From assembly GCA_030704615.1 (NCBI GenBank), contig CM060733.1, forward strand, positions 74,152,001 to 74,216,000: a stretch of 64,000 nucleotides of DNA. Direction: 5' to 3'. The notes below the pieces were generated by a model. The model was not told the DNA's origin, did no database searches, and worked only from the letters and a program-made list of their open reading frames with translations. Both the position numbers and the translations under genes were made by a program. How positions within the stretch are numbered: position 1 is the stretch's first letter; each line of letters starts with the position of its first letter. The stretch is from Takakia lepidozioides (lineage: Eukaryota > Plantae > Bryophyta). Shown piece by piece: positions 24,945 to 36,800 of the stretch.

Positions 24945-27845
24945 CCCATTGTCACCGGAGGAGAGAGACGACGTATACGGCGGTTCCTGAGGGCTTACAG
25001 GAATTGCTTTGCCTTCAGTTTGAAGGACTTGGGAGCACTGAAGGGTCAAGAAATCCGTATTGAGTTGGCCACTGACACGCCAATCTTTCGGAGACCCTAT
25101 AGATACAGTGACATGGAGAGGTCTTTGATTTAGATGAGGACTCAAGATCTCTGGGAGGCAGGTTTGGTGGAGCTCTCTGGTGGAGAGTATGCTTCAGCCA
25201 CAGTGATGCCAGCCAAGAAGGATGTCTATGGCAATTGGACGGAGAGACGTATGTGCGGTGATTACCGGCCTGTAAATCGTCAGACCAAGTCCGATAGGTA
25301 TGCCATGCCGACACCAGAGGAGATCTTTGATGCCATTGGGCATTCCAAGGTCCTTCGCACGTTGGATTTACGATCCGGATATCACCAGTTGCCGATCAAG
25401 GAGGCGGATAAGCAAAAGACGGCATTATGGGGGATCAATGAGCACGGGAAGGATTGCCTATACCAGTGGCGGTTCTTACCATTTGGGCTTAAAAACGCTC
25501 CCGCTGAGTTTCAAAGAGTCATGGACAGGATTCTAGCAGGGTGGAGTTTGCTCGGTGCTACATAGATGACATCATCATCTTTAGTGCTACGGTGGAGGAG
25601 CATGAGAGACACCTTCAGGGGGTATTTGAGCGCTTAAGGACGCACGGATTGAAGTTACATCCGGGCAAAGTGCAAGTTTTTTCCACAACCAATTGAGTAT
25701 CTGGGTCACATGATATCCTGGAGGATTGGGGGTACACAGACTAAGGTAGAGTCCATTGCACAGGTTCCACGCCCCACGGATGTGAGCCGAGTTTGAGCTT
25801 TCATGGGGTTAGCAAACTATTACAGACGGTTTGTTAAGGGATTTAGTGCCATTGCAAAGGCTCTAACCAAGCTGACCAAGGTGGACCAGGAGTGGCAGTG
25901 GGAAGATGAGCAAGAACAAGCTTTTCAAGAGCTCAAGGCGAGGGTTGACCTCGGCGCCCATCTTGAGACGACCTATCAGGGGGCGTCCTTTTCAGCTGCA
26001 TACAGATTGGAGCATGCTGGGGCTTGGAGCGGTGCTCACACAGGTGGATGATGAGGGAAGAGAGTTCGTAGTGGCTTATGCTAGCCGCTCGAACAATGCT
26101 GCAGAGTCTAAGTATAGCTCATATAGGGAGAATGCTTAGCTGCAGTGTGGGCCGTGGCACACTTCAGGTGCTATCTATACGGCAATCTCTTCACCCTTGT
26201 CACGGATCACCAACCACTCAAGTGGTTGATGGAGTCAGACAAGCTTACGGGAAGCTTGCACGGTGGGCACTCATCCTTCAAGAGTATGACTTTCAGGTGG
26301 TGCATCGACCGGGTTTGGTCAATCGCAATGCAGATGGGTTGAGTCGCAATCCATGCACGAGCCAACAGGATGACACTGGAGCTCTGTGGCATGGTGAGAC
26401 GGACGAGGAGATGGTGCCCGGATGGCATGCATCTGCATTTCTGTGTATCTTGGCAGCGGAAGGCCAGGTTGGACCTGCAACAGGGATGACTGTAGATCAA
26501 GTGTCTGAGGACCCTGAGGCCAGCAATGAGCAAGGTGGCGCCAAAGATATACATGAGGATTCAGTTGTGTTGGACTACCTCCGCACTGGAGACATTGCAG
26601 CCACTGTGACTACCAAGGAGAGGGATCGGATCCTACAACGAGCCAAGAGGTTCAAGTGGGAGGGGACACCTGCTCTGAGTGTGGGAGATGGTCGAGTGAG
26701 GATAGTGTGCCTCACCCAACACAGTGGGCACGGTTAGTGCGGCATGCCCACGAGGAGTTGGGGGCATTTTGGGGTGCGACGCACCAGAGCCTACTGCAGG
26801 GGCAATATTGGTGGCGTGGTATGCACACAGAGGTGCGACAATTTGTGGCTAGGTGCATGTGTGTGACAGGGTGCGTGCTTCATTCAACGCCCCTACTCCA
26901 CAATTGCACCCTCTTCCGATCATGGGATTGGGCTACAGGTGGAGTCTTGACTTCGCAGGGCCGTTGCCACTGACCATGCGTCAGAACAAATACGTGTTGG
27001 TGATGGTGGAGCACTTCTCCAAATGGATTGAGTTGGTTCCATTGCCTGATAAGGCTAGTGAGGGAGCTGCGTATGCATTCTTGGATTGTGTGCTTAGTCG
27101 ATTCGGTGCTCCAGCTGAGGTACTCACGGACCAAGGGAGAGAGTTCTTGGGGAGTTTCAGGCTTTGTGTGACAAGGCCTTGATAGACCACACACACCACT
27201 TCTCGGGATCATCCTGAGGCCGATGGCTTGGCAGAGAGAGTTGTTCAGACAGTAAAGAGGGGTTTGCGCAAGTATGGCTTGCAGGAGGGACACCTAGGAG
27301 ATTGGGACCTTCAGTTACCCTGGTTAGCCATGGGCTACAGGTTCAGCAAGCAAGCATCACTTGCCTCCTTCTCACCATACTTTCTTCTCTTTGGCCGAGA
27401 GCTGGATTTGCCTACATCCATTTGCAGAGAAGCTGCTACAGTTCTTAACCTTGACGATCCGGACGTGTGGGCACGTGCATGTGAGCAGCGTGCAGAGTTG
27501 TTCAAGAGAGTCATGCCCATGGCTTTCGAGAACCTTGCCATTGCACAACACCGTGATACGTTGAGGTATGCTACCATACGTGGTGGGGGCTATCGTCCTG
27601 GGGTTCGGAGATTCAACCCTGGTGACTATGTCTATCTGCAGCAGACTGCTCCTACGACCCTGGATGTGACTACAGGACGTGTTATTTTGAGGGTTCGAGA
27701 GGTCTTGCCCTCAGACGTCTTGGTCTTGGAGGGTCGGGATGGCATAACTTGGAAGGACCATGTGCGTAATTGTGCGCGCCATGTCACCTTCCGAATGTCG
27801 ATGGCAGGATTGACCCAAACCTGGCAGTGGTATCTGCAGGTTTGA
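24945..27845 (+). pseudogene. RT - RNase H - integrase of the DNMT element
   Basis: RMCGDYRPVN; LDLRSGYHQ; LPFGLKNAPAEFQ; YIDD at 25559; LHTDWS; NADGLSR; integrase WSLDFAGP / LTDQGREF / GLAERVV. Clearly a different family from the chromovirus. Confidence 0.93.
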
Positions 27846-27990
27846 GGTGCATGTTGTGTGGGTCTGCTAAAGAGCAGCCACCATGCTGGTGTGTGATCGA
27901 TGCTCTAGAGGTTGGCATATGGGATGCTTGACTCCACCTCTTGAGATGGTTCCGGATGGGGATTGGTTATGTCCACATTGCATTGGATAA
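27842..27990 (+). pseudogene. PHD finger (C4HC3) at the integrase C-terminus
   Basis: LRCMLCGSAK, a 1-bp frameshift, then AATMLVCDRCSRGWHMGCLTPPLEMVPDGDWLCPHCIG-stop. Absent from the ORF track. Confidence 0.9.
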
Positions 27991-28250
27991 TGGGAGTGGA
28001 TACAACCATGGAAGGCTAATAAGAAATGCAAGGTCAAGCTACTAGGAGACCTTGAACACACGAGATCTTGGCTCAAGTTCACAGATTGCAAGACGACGAC
28101 TAACGATGGGGCTACTCTTGTACCCGGCCTCTTGGTTGATAGAGTTTGAGCACGATAGGGACAATGATAGAGGACTTAGTACGGCTGTGGATATTACATC
28201 TTGTAGCTATCTGGAGTTAGAGGGACCTATCCACCAGCTAGGGGGGGCGA

Positions 28251-28663
28251 TGTGGCAGACTACTTTATTGTGCATATATGTGTGGTGTGGTTTGGACAGC
28301 GATGTAGTTGTGTAGCGATACGTATGCGCACGACAGCTGTCAAGTTAAATAAGCACAGTGTGAAACTAGCTAGAATAAAGCTAGTTATTTGTATTTTGGA
28401 TTTAGGTCAAGTGTTAAATCAGGTGTCAAGTTTAGTTTGACACCTGACCCATCTTATCTTCACGAGAGCGGCAGTCGCGCAGCTCATCTCTCTCGCTCCT
28501 GCATCGTTTAGGACTGAGTGTGCTTATGATGGGAGTATAGGTTGTTGTGGGGTGGAGTCCCCATAGCTTGGGGTGCCCCTGGCTCGACTTCTGTTTTAAG
28601 AGTGATAGCGATGGATTCATGTTGTTTCTGGTGTGAACAGTGTGTCTCTTAGCTTGTCAATCA
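28251..28663 (+). repeat. Putative 3' LTR of the DNMT element
   Basis: Starts TGTGGCAGAC directly after PPT AGGGGGGGCGA (28240-28250) and ends ...AATCA. Its first 86 bp are repeated at 28665-28750. The right boundary is inferred because the 5' LTR is missing. Confidence 0.7.
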
Positions 28664-28749
28664 TTGTGGCAGACTACTTTATTGTGCATATATGTGTGGT
28701 GTGGTTTGGACAGCGATGTAGTTGTGTAGCGATACGTATGCGCACGACA

Positions 28750-30658
28750 GACTGATGGTATCTTCCGACAGCTCTGTGGTTGCCCGAGTCATGTTCAATT
28801 GCCGGGGCTTCGTGCACTTCTTGGCCATGTACCCGGGCTCCCCGCAATTGAAACACACTCCATCAAAGGTCGCCTTCTGTCTGCCATAGGCCGCTCCACC
28901 CGCTTTTCCTTTTGAAGCACCGGGTGCCGCCTTGACTTGTGAAGGCCCTCCCTTCGATTTCCACGTGCCATTGTCGCCGCGTGGCCTATCCCACTTCTTT
29001 TCCGGTCGGAAGGCGTCACCTTCCCGCCGGGTCTTCTTGTGGTTCAGCTCCGTACGGCCTTGTCTTTCACCCCTAGGGACATCCGAGAAACATTCAGCCC
29101 TCTCAATTGCCTCGTTCAAAGTCTTAGGTGGCTTCTCCCTCCAACTTCCGCCTAGCCCATGGGGCCAGTCCCGCCACAAAGTTGAAGACCATTTCTGGTT
29201 CTGCCATGTCCGCGACTTCGAGCAACAGCACATTGAAAGCCTAGACATATCCCCGAATGTCATCTGTTTGCTTCAAATTCCTCATCTTGTCCCGGGCAAG
29301 CCAGGACGCGTTGAGGGGCACAAACTGCCTTTTCATCAATTCCTTGAACCCACTCCAATTCAAGGTTTCCGGGCTTGGACCTCGGTCGTGAAGGCGTTTC
29401 TGCCACCATTGTTGAGCATAGCCCCTCAAATAGGTGGGAGCCACTTCCACCCGGTCCTCGTCACTCAACTTGGCCGCCCGGAAGTACTGCTCTAGCTCCA
29501 CAAGCCAGGTGTTGAGTGCCTTCCGATTTCGGACGCCCTCGAAGGTGCCGGGTTCCTTAGGCTTCACCTTAAATTTTGCCTTAGTGGAAGTGGCATTAGC
29601 CGCCTTCAACACGTCTTTTCAACGTCCCGCCAAATTGCGCCAACAACCCTTCCCAAAAGGTTGCCGGCATGGGAGGCATCTGTTGGTCGGTCGGAGCTCT
29701 CAGGGATTCCTCGGGCTCCGACTCCTCAAATTCCTCCCGCTCTTGAGCAGCCTCGTTTTCGGAGACATGCATCGCTTCCTCAAACGGCCGCCTCGGTGAC
29801 ACGTCGCCCCCATTGGGCTCACCATGATCATCATCTTTTGGGCCGTTCCGCTTTCGCTTTGGCTTGCCCGACCCCATGATGAGGCCAATCCCAAGGACGA
29901 TCACGTACTGAACTCTAAGCTCTGATACCAAGTGTCGCGCACCTCACTTCGGTAAGCTCCCCTTCAGGTCATAGTTGCTAGCTTGATGCGCGCGCCTAAC
30001 TCCCAAACCTGGCCGCCGGACCAACTTGGAGCTTCGGCTGCTCATCGGGGGCATGACGGTCCCCCTTTGAACTCCCAAAGAACCCTCCACCGATTTGGAA
30101 CCAGCGGGAATTCCCTTTGGTAGTTGGCAGTCCGGAACAGCTCCCCACTCTTTGGTCGCTTTCCGGCTCGCTCGCTTACTCACTAGTTTTGGTCACCAAC
30201 GGGCTTGCACCGTTCTCCGGGTTACTACTCCCTATATATACTTCTGTAGCTGTCCGCGGGGGTTTCACAACCAGCCATGCCATTTTATGGCGAACCACCA
30301 TGAAAACCCTCGACTCCCGGTGATGAGTCGCGGTGAGTCTTGGCCCACTCACCACGGCCCCTATGGACCGTGATGAGTCCCAAGACTCCCCACGACTCCC
30401 ACCACGAGGTCTCCGCCCCCATGGTGAGTCCTATGCCACCCCACTAAGTCCCGCTAAGCTACCATCACCCCTTGTGGAGCCACCCCCACCGCAACCCGGT
30501 GTGCGCGGCTCCACCTAGTGAGCGCCTCCGCCTCCTTGAGTGCCTTGGGCACTCAAGGGTGCTTCAGCCCCCCATACCTATCGCTGCCGCTGCCCCCACC
30601 ACAGGGGCAGCCCCTCATGTGTCCCGACCCCTTGCCCTCAAGGCAAAGGGCCGCGACA
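28750..30658 (-). mobile_element. Chromovirus copy 3: 5' LTR (29933-30658), PBS and gag only
   Basis: Near-identical to copy 2 gag; stops abruptly at SEDTIS. Confidence 0.93.
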
Positions 30659-31459
30659 CTAAGTCTGTTCATGGCTACCGTGATGGGCAACTTTTTGATT
30701 TTTTTTTTTGATATTTTTTAAAGAAAGCCTCAGGCCCTTGAGGAGGGGGAAAATTTAACCCCCTTTCATTTATGGGCCATGAGACCTACAGGACGATCAA
30801 CGCCCAGACATACCGTCACGAACAATCCCACACACGGGGTAGGGCAGCGGGTTTGAACCCCGAACCACCAGGGCGACACACTGTGCACTTACCAGTTGAT
30901 GTGCTTTTTTTAAATCTTTTGCACTTTGATTTTTTTTTGTTTTTGTTTTTTTTAAATTCATTCTAGTGGTCAGAGTCTCCATTTTTCCAAAATAATACTC
31001 ATATATTATATATATAACCAGAAAAGCATGTGTCGACACGTGTAGTCACGTAGTGACTCATCCATATGATGATCTAGCAGGATGCATTAGAGTGAGAGTC
31101 ACGAAGTCATATGTCCGTCTAGCAATATGCACACGTCATTCCAGTGTAGGCATGACCGTGACTGGTAGTCATATCCGCCATGCCAATATTCGTGGTCAAA
31201 CATGTTTGACCTGTGTTGAGCAAAGTCCGGAGTCATGCAGTCTCATATGCGCCTTCCCCAGACCTGCATTATGACTTCAAAGGCATTTACGACTACAAAT
31301 GGCATTTATGCCACAAATCTGTCATGACTGCGTACCCATGGGAGTCATAAAAGCCGTAATCTGTTGTAGTGATACTTGCGCTATTCTTTGGCAATGGATA
31401 GCTGCAAATTGACCAATTGTTCTCCTTAGTTTGCATTCCCGTGTGAGACCAGTGCACTA

Positions 31460-31834
31460 CAATTCTTTTCAGACATGATAGCAAAACATAGACAACAACA
31501 CTAATGCTTATTGCAAAGAAACAGTGCGTTCCAGAGGCCATGCTCCCCACACGAAGTGCACAAGCAACACTCCTCTCTCTTCATCGTAATAATGCTTCCG
31601 TTTTTTTGGCGGCCACTTCTCTTCTTGGATATGAGGACTCCCGTTAGTTAGTGCAATTCTTTTTAGACAAGATAGCAAAACATAGAGAGCAGCACTAATG
31701 CTTATTGCAAAGAAACAGTGCGTTCCAGAGGCCATGCTCCCCACACAAAGTGCACATGCAGCACTCCTCTCTCTTCATCGTAATAATGCTTCTGTTCTTT
31801 TGGCGGCCACTCCTCTTCTTGGATATGAGGACTC
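31460..31834. repeat. Tandem duplication, period 194 bp
   Basis: 31460-31640 and 31654-31834 are near-identical; the minus strand gives KHYYDEERGVL(L/H)VHFVWGAWP twice. Confidence 0.88.
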
Positions 31835-32089
31835 ATGTTAGGGTTCGAGCCGCTACCCAGCCCAACTTGAGACTTAGGGGATGGGAAGGACAAAGAGGGT
31901 AGCGTGACAGCATGCGCACCTTGATGGTGCAATCTCCTCCCTGCGAGGATGAATCGCAGCAATTCCTCCATGCCCAGATCCCAGGGACAGGACGACGAAG
32001 GCCAGGCTTTTGCGAACAAGAGAGCAGGGAAACACGCGACCTGCTGTCACCAGTCTCCAGCCATTTACCGGTGGCTGTTACTGGTTAAA

Positions 32090-32191
32090 GAGAGAGAGAG
32101 AGAGAGAGAGAGAAGACTTTGGCCGAAGCCGGCGTAACTAAGAGCCACTTCACTTGTGGCTACTGCCCCTGTCGGGGGTGGGCCCTATCAT
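32090..32191 (-). mobile_element. Solo 3' tail of the Dualen-like LINE (extreme 5' truncation, or a SINE) with a (CT)n tail
   Basis: Matches 52031-52114; flanked by TGGTTAAA direct repeats at 32082-32089 and 32192-32199. Confidence 0.8.
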
Positions 32192-33577
32192 TGGTTAAAA
32201 ACATATTTTAACAAAATAAAAAAATAAAAAACTTTAATATTTTGATGCTCAACATTTCATATTTGGTTTTATCCAAAAATGCTTTTGTTTAAAAATGTAA
32301 GTATTTTCTTATCTCTAAGTTTCTGTTTTTTATTTTAGGTTATATAAATAAACAAATATATATAAGCCTATATGCCTCTCATTATAGGATAGTGATTTCA
32401 ATGCGCCTATGGGCCCCGCCAGTACGGCCCATGGGGTGAGCTCATGAACCCACCCCCCTTTCACCGGGTCTAGATTCTGAATTTTTTCTAAGTCCTAGTT
32501 CTTTAACGGCGGCGGACCTTCTAGCGGACTGGCCAGACCCTCCAAGAGACTGATTCCTCCAGCAGACTGACTCCAACTGGCGAGCGTACTGACCAACAGA
32601 CTGGCGATTGGCGAGCGGACTGACCAACGGACGAGCGCCTAACTCCAACCTGCAGACCCTCCTCAAACAAAATATATATTTACAATTAACACACATTACC
32701 GCCACAATATCACCTGCCAAGATTCGAACACCAAACCTCACGTTCATCACAAGTTGCTCTTTGCCACCACACTACCCGCTATTTTTTGCAAACCCTTGAA
32801 ATAATTAATTATTTATCTACATACTAGGGCTTTGCGCTGCTCCGCACTACTAGCGACGAATCCTGATAACTATGTTCAATTTTTCACAAAAAAGGGGTGG
32901 GTCATCCCCACGGTGTTACATGCAGAGATCCTGTGTTTTGTTTTTTTTTGGAAGAAAAATGACGGATCTGCATTTCAATGTTCAATTTTCACAAGCCGCA
33001 TCAATCAATAACAACATACCCAAATACCCTTACATTCACTATATGAACTTTCAAGCGTCCACCATGGGATTGGATCTTGGTGGGTTAAGGCTAGTTTTTG
33101 ACAATATTCATGCAAGTTTGTCAAGGGCTCCATCCAAAGCCACACCATGAGAAACAAACAAACATGTCCAAATTTAAGATGCTGAAAAAACTTGTGCACA
33201 GGGCTACCCCTCTCATCAAGCTCATTAAAATTCGTATTCACTTCCATCTTCAAGCTTTGGAGAAGCTCCGCCACCCAAACCCAGACTAGGACAACACTCT
33301 GATTTCCATCCACTGTCACTAGAATCAGTCAAAAAACACCCCTTCAGTCAAGTGCAATTGTGGGCTGACTTCCCAGCTATGCCGGGTAGACCCCACTATC
33401 AGGAAACGGTGGATGGTCTGAGTAGCTACACAGATCAATGAATGAAGCAAGACACTTGCATCTTGCACTCAATAGTACATGACGGTCAGTACTCTCAGGA
33501 AATGGTGGATGGTCTGAGTAGTTACATAGATCAATGAATGAAGCAAGACACTAGCATCTTTCCAAGAAAACATCCTT

Positions 33578-35160
33578 TCACCAGTAGTCACCACAAGAAC
33601 CAATCCCATCTTCAAAGTGGTGGAAAGTAGTTAGCGTCCCATACAACAAATGCTCGACCAACAATCTTTGAGATGAATTTGGTGGAGGTGTGGCAGTTCC
33701 ATTCTTGATGAGTCGTGCTGATCAGCCCAAAACCAATGGCCAGCTTCTCACTGTGGTGGTAAAGAGAAAATTCCTTTCCTCCACATCATGCAATAAAAAG
33801 CGTGTGTCGGGCACATACCTCGCCTCCTTCATCTACCAAGACAATCTTCTCAGCTCAGCATGGATTTCCTTAATTCTGGGATGCAACTTGTCATTTGGCT
33901 CCTTTCTAACCCCTCTGCCCTTCATCATTCTTCTCACCTTTGCAGTATCATCCCACCTGCCAGCTGCAGCATAGATGTTTGATATAGCAACACATAAGTC
34001 GCGACATCCTGTTCATCCCACTTGAGGATAGATGTTGCCACACATTCAGCCATCTCCACATTGCCATGGATTCTGCAGGCACCAAGCAAGGCCTTCCACA
34101 CCACAACATCTGGATTGATTGGCATTTTATTAATCAGGTCCACTGCCTCACGTAGTTGTCCCGCACGTCCACAAGGTCCACCATGCAACCAAAGTGCTTT
34201 ACTAGCGGGGTGACACCATGATCTTGACTCAGGGAATCGAAGTAGCGTCTTCCTTCATTTAGTAGGCCACATGAAGAGAGAACACATATAAAGATGATAC
34301 TGTCCGACTTCAAGCCGTTCTTTTGCATTCCTTCAAATAGTTGCAGGACCTCCCTATGACAACCATGCTGGGTATATCCTGCGATCATCGCATTCCATGA
34401 CACCACATTTCGTTTAGCCATATTGTCAAATACTCCCTTTGCATCCTCAATCCACCCACATTTCGCATACATGTCCACCAGGGTAGTGTCCAGAATGACA
34501 TTTGGTAGAATTCCAGTTTTGATGATGTCACCATGCACCTCTTTGCCCTTTTCCAGGGTTGCCAGGCTTGCACAAGCATTGCAAACGCACACAAACGTGA
34601 TGTGGTCGGGCTTCACCCTTCCCCCGTCATTTGCAAGGTCTCCAAGGCCTCCATCTCACGCCCTTGCTGTGCATACCCTGCAAGCATCGCGTTCCACAAC
34701 ATACCCATGTGATCAAAGATCGTTGAGGCATTCTGTTGAACACTTGGTGAGCATCCATGATACTGCACTTAAGCAAGAGACAAACATTCGTATCTGAATA
34801 TGCTGAAATGCCTTCTTTCCTGTTGTGAGGAAAAAACAGGGTGAAATGTGTTGAAGAAGGTTCTGGGCTACCAGGCTTGCACACGCACTGCAAACGCACA
34901 CAAATGTTATGTGGTCGAGCTTCACCCCTTCCCCCGTCATTTGCTGGTCTGCAAAGCCTCCATCCCGCGCCCCTGCTGTGCACAGCCTACAGGCATCGCA
35001 TTCCACAACACCACATCTCGTTCAGCCATAGTGTTGACGCATCCTCAATGCTCCCACATTTGGCATACATGTCCATGAGCGTATTGTTCAGAATCACATC
35101 TGGTACACTTCCAGCTTTGGTGATGCAACCATGCACCTCTTTGCCCTTTTCCAGGGCTGT
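33578..35160 (-). pseudogene. PLS-class PPR-DYW RNA editing factor pseudogene
   Basis: TTLVDMYAKCG...NVVSWNAMIAGY; VVWKALLGACRIHGN; HHSEKLAIGFGLI; FHHFEDGIGSCGDYW-stop. Many frameshifts, deletions and inserts. Confidence 0.92.
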
Positions 35161-36800
35161 CACCAGTGACTGGGGTCAGAAAAAAGTATTCATTCCACAG
35201 CTTCTCTTTATCTCTGTTACCTGTTTTTGGTTGCTTTCCTATTGTGAGGGAAAAACAGGTTGAAATGTGCTGAAGAAGGTGCCTTGATTAGCAGTGCCTG
35301 ATTTTATCAATTGTGCCGCTGCTGCTGCGACTTCCAGTTGACCATCTACCCATGGAGGTTTCTTGTAGCTATTGATCCACAGGGAATCACAGGTACTCTT
35401 GTGCTTGAAATCTCGCCCTCTTGGATGAATCTGGACCCACACTCTATCCTTGCTCCTTCAGCTATCCATGCCTCTGCACAAATCACGTGTATACATCCTT
35501 CTTACATCCTTGCCTTGCTGCTAGCAACTGACAATGACAGCCTAGACTTGTTCTAGGAAACACACAACTCAACTCATCACATTAGTTCCTATGCTAAATT
35601 CCGTCTGCTACTCTCTGAATTGCATCTGCTTCTCTTTGTAGTCCAACGGGCATTCACCTTTTTGTCTCCATTGTCCCACCATTGGCTGGGGTCGGAAAAG
35701 TGTTCATTCCAAAGCGTCTCCTCATCTCTGTTATCTGTTTCCTACTGCCACATCGGCAGTAACTTGTCAAAGTCACTCCAAACCATCACAGATCCACCCA
35801 ACGAGCTAACGCATAGAATTCAATATGCATCTCAGGGCCGAGTCTGATGAGAGGGCAAAACAGGCTGAAATAGGTTGAAGAAGAAGGTGCCCTCACCACA
35901 TTGTCCTTGACCTTGTGTCATGACCCAGGAGACCATCAACCCAAAATGATCTCTTGTGTGTGCTGCTTGTGTCTGTAGTCAGGTAATGTGCGATTGGTCT
36001 GTGACACGGTGCAACTAAGCGGGTCACAACCTCCTAAGACCAAGCTGACTCTCCCAAGAACCTTGTAAACATCAGGATGAATACCAAATCGTGGTACTAA
36101 CTTGCCCACATTTGCAGGATGGACAAACTTCTTCACATGTTACAGTCTCCAATGCCTCCATCCCACATCCATGGTCGGCAAACCCTCACAATGATGGTGG
36201 GCACAATTCCAGCTTTCAATGGCAGCATGGACCTCTCTAGAGCTTGAAATCCGGCTCTCTTGCATGAATCTGAACGTAACTTATTCATTCCAGAGCTTTT
36301 CCTTGTCTTTGTTATGTGTGAAAAAGGTTCTACATGTAGAATTTCCCTCTGAGATCGCTGTGTGAAACCCCTTTGCGCTCAAGGACGCGGGGGCATTGTC
36401 AAACCCTCCCCCGCGCACACCTCTCCCGGTTATTTTCCGGTTATTTCCGGGCATTCCGGGCAGCCTGGGCAGATTCCAAAGAAATTGACGACAACAGGTG
36501 GCTACGAAACGTGGCGACGATGATGTGGCACTATGGCACCCTATACTTGCTCTACGCTAAACTAGCTTCCGACCTTCGGTCGTCGCTAGAATTTCAGATG
36601 TTTTGTGGGCCCAACAGACTCGCTCCCCCCTCTCGCTGCCCTTGCGCGCGCCACGGGCGGCTCACCCAAGCATACTGACCCCGCCGGGTAGGGGGTGCCC
36701 CACCCGTCGCGACCCCCTCTCCCACATGCGGCCCCCGCCGCAATCACACATGCTCGCATTGAAATCGCTAATATCAAACAATGAGAAGCAGCCTATATAA

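Larger units (their letters stand above)
13928..28663 (+). mobile_element. Ty3/Gypsy LTR retrotransposon encoding a C5 DNA methyltransferase and a PHD finger; 5' LTR missing; split by chromovirus copy 2
   Basis: Colinear same-strand gag, protease, DNMT, RT, RNase H, integrase, PHD, polypurine tract (PPT) and LTR. The nested insertion is bounded by TSD TTGGA. Confidence 0.9.

Noticed and set aside
13831-30658. LTR fragment at 13831 and LTR ending at 30658 as two ends of one element
   Set aside because: The flanks GTGAG and CTAAG do not match, and the LTR variants differ.
32820-32852. Helitron 3' end (short hairpin then CTAG)
   Set aside because: The hairpin is only 4 bp, and no matching 5' end or A/T insertion site could be shown.
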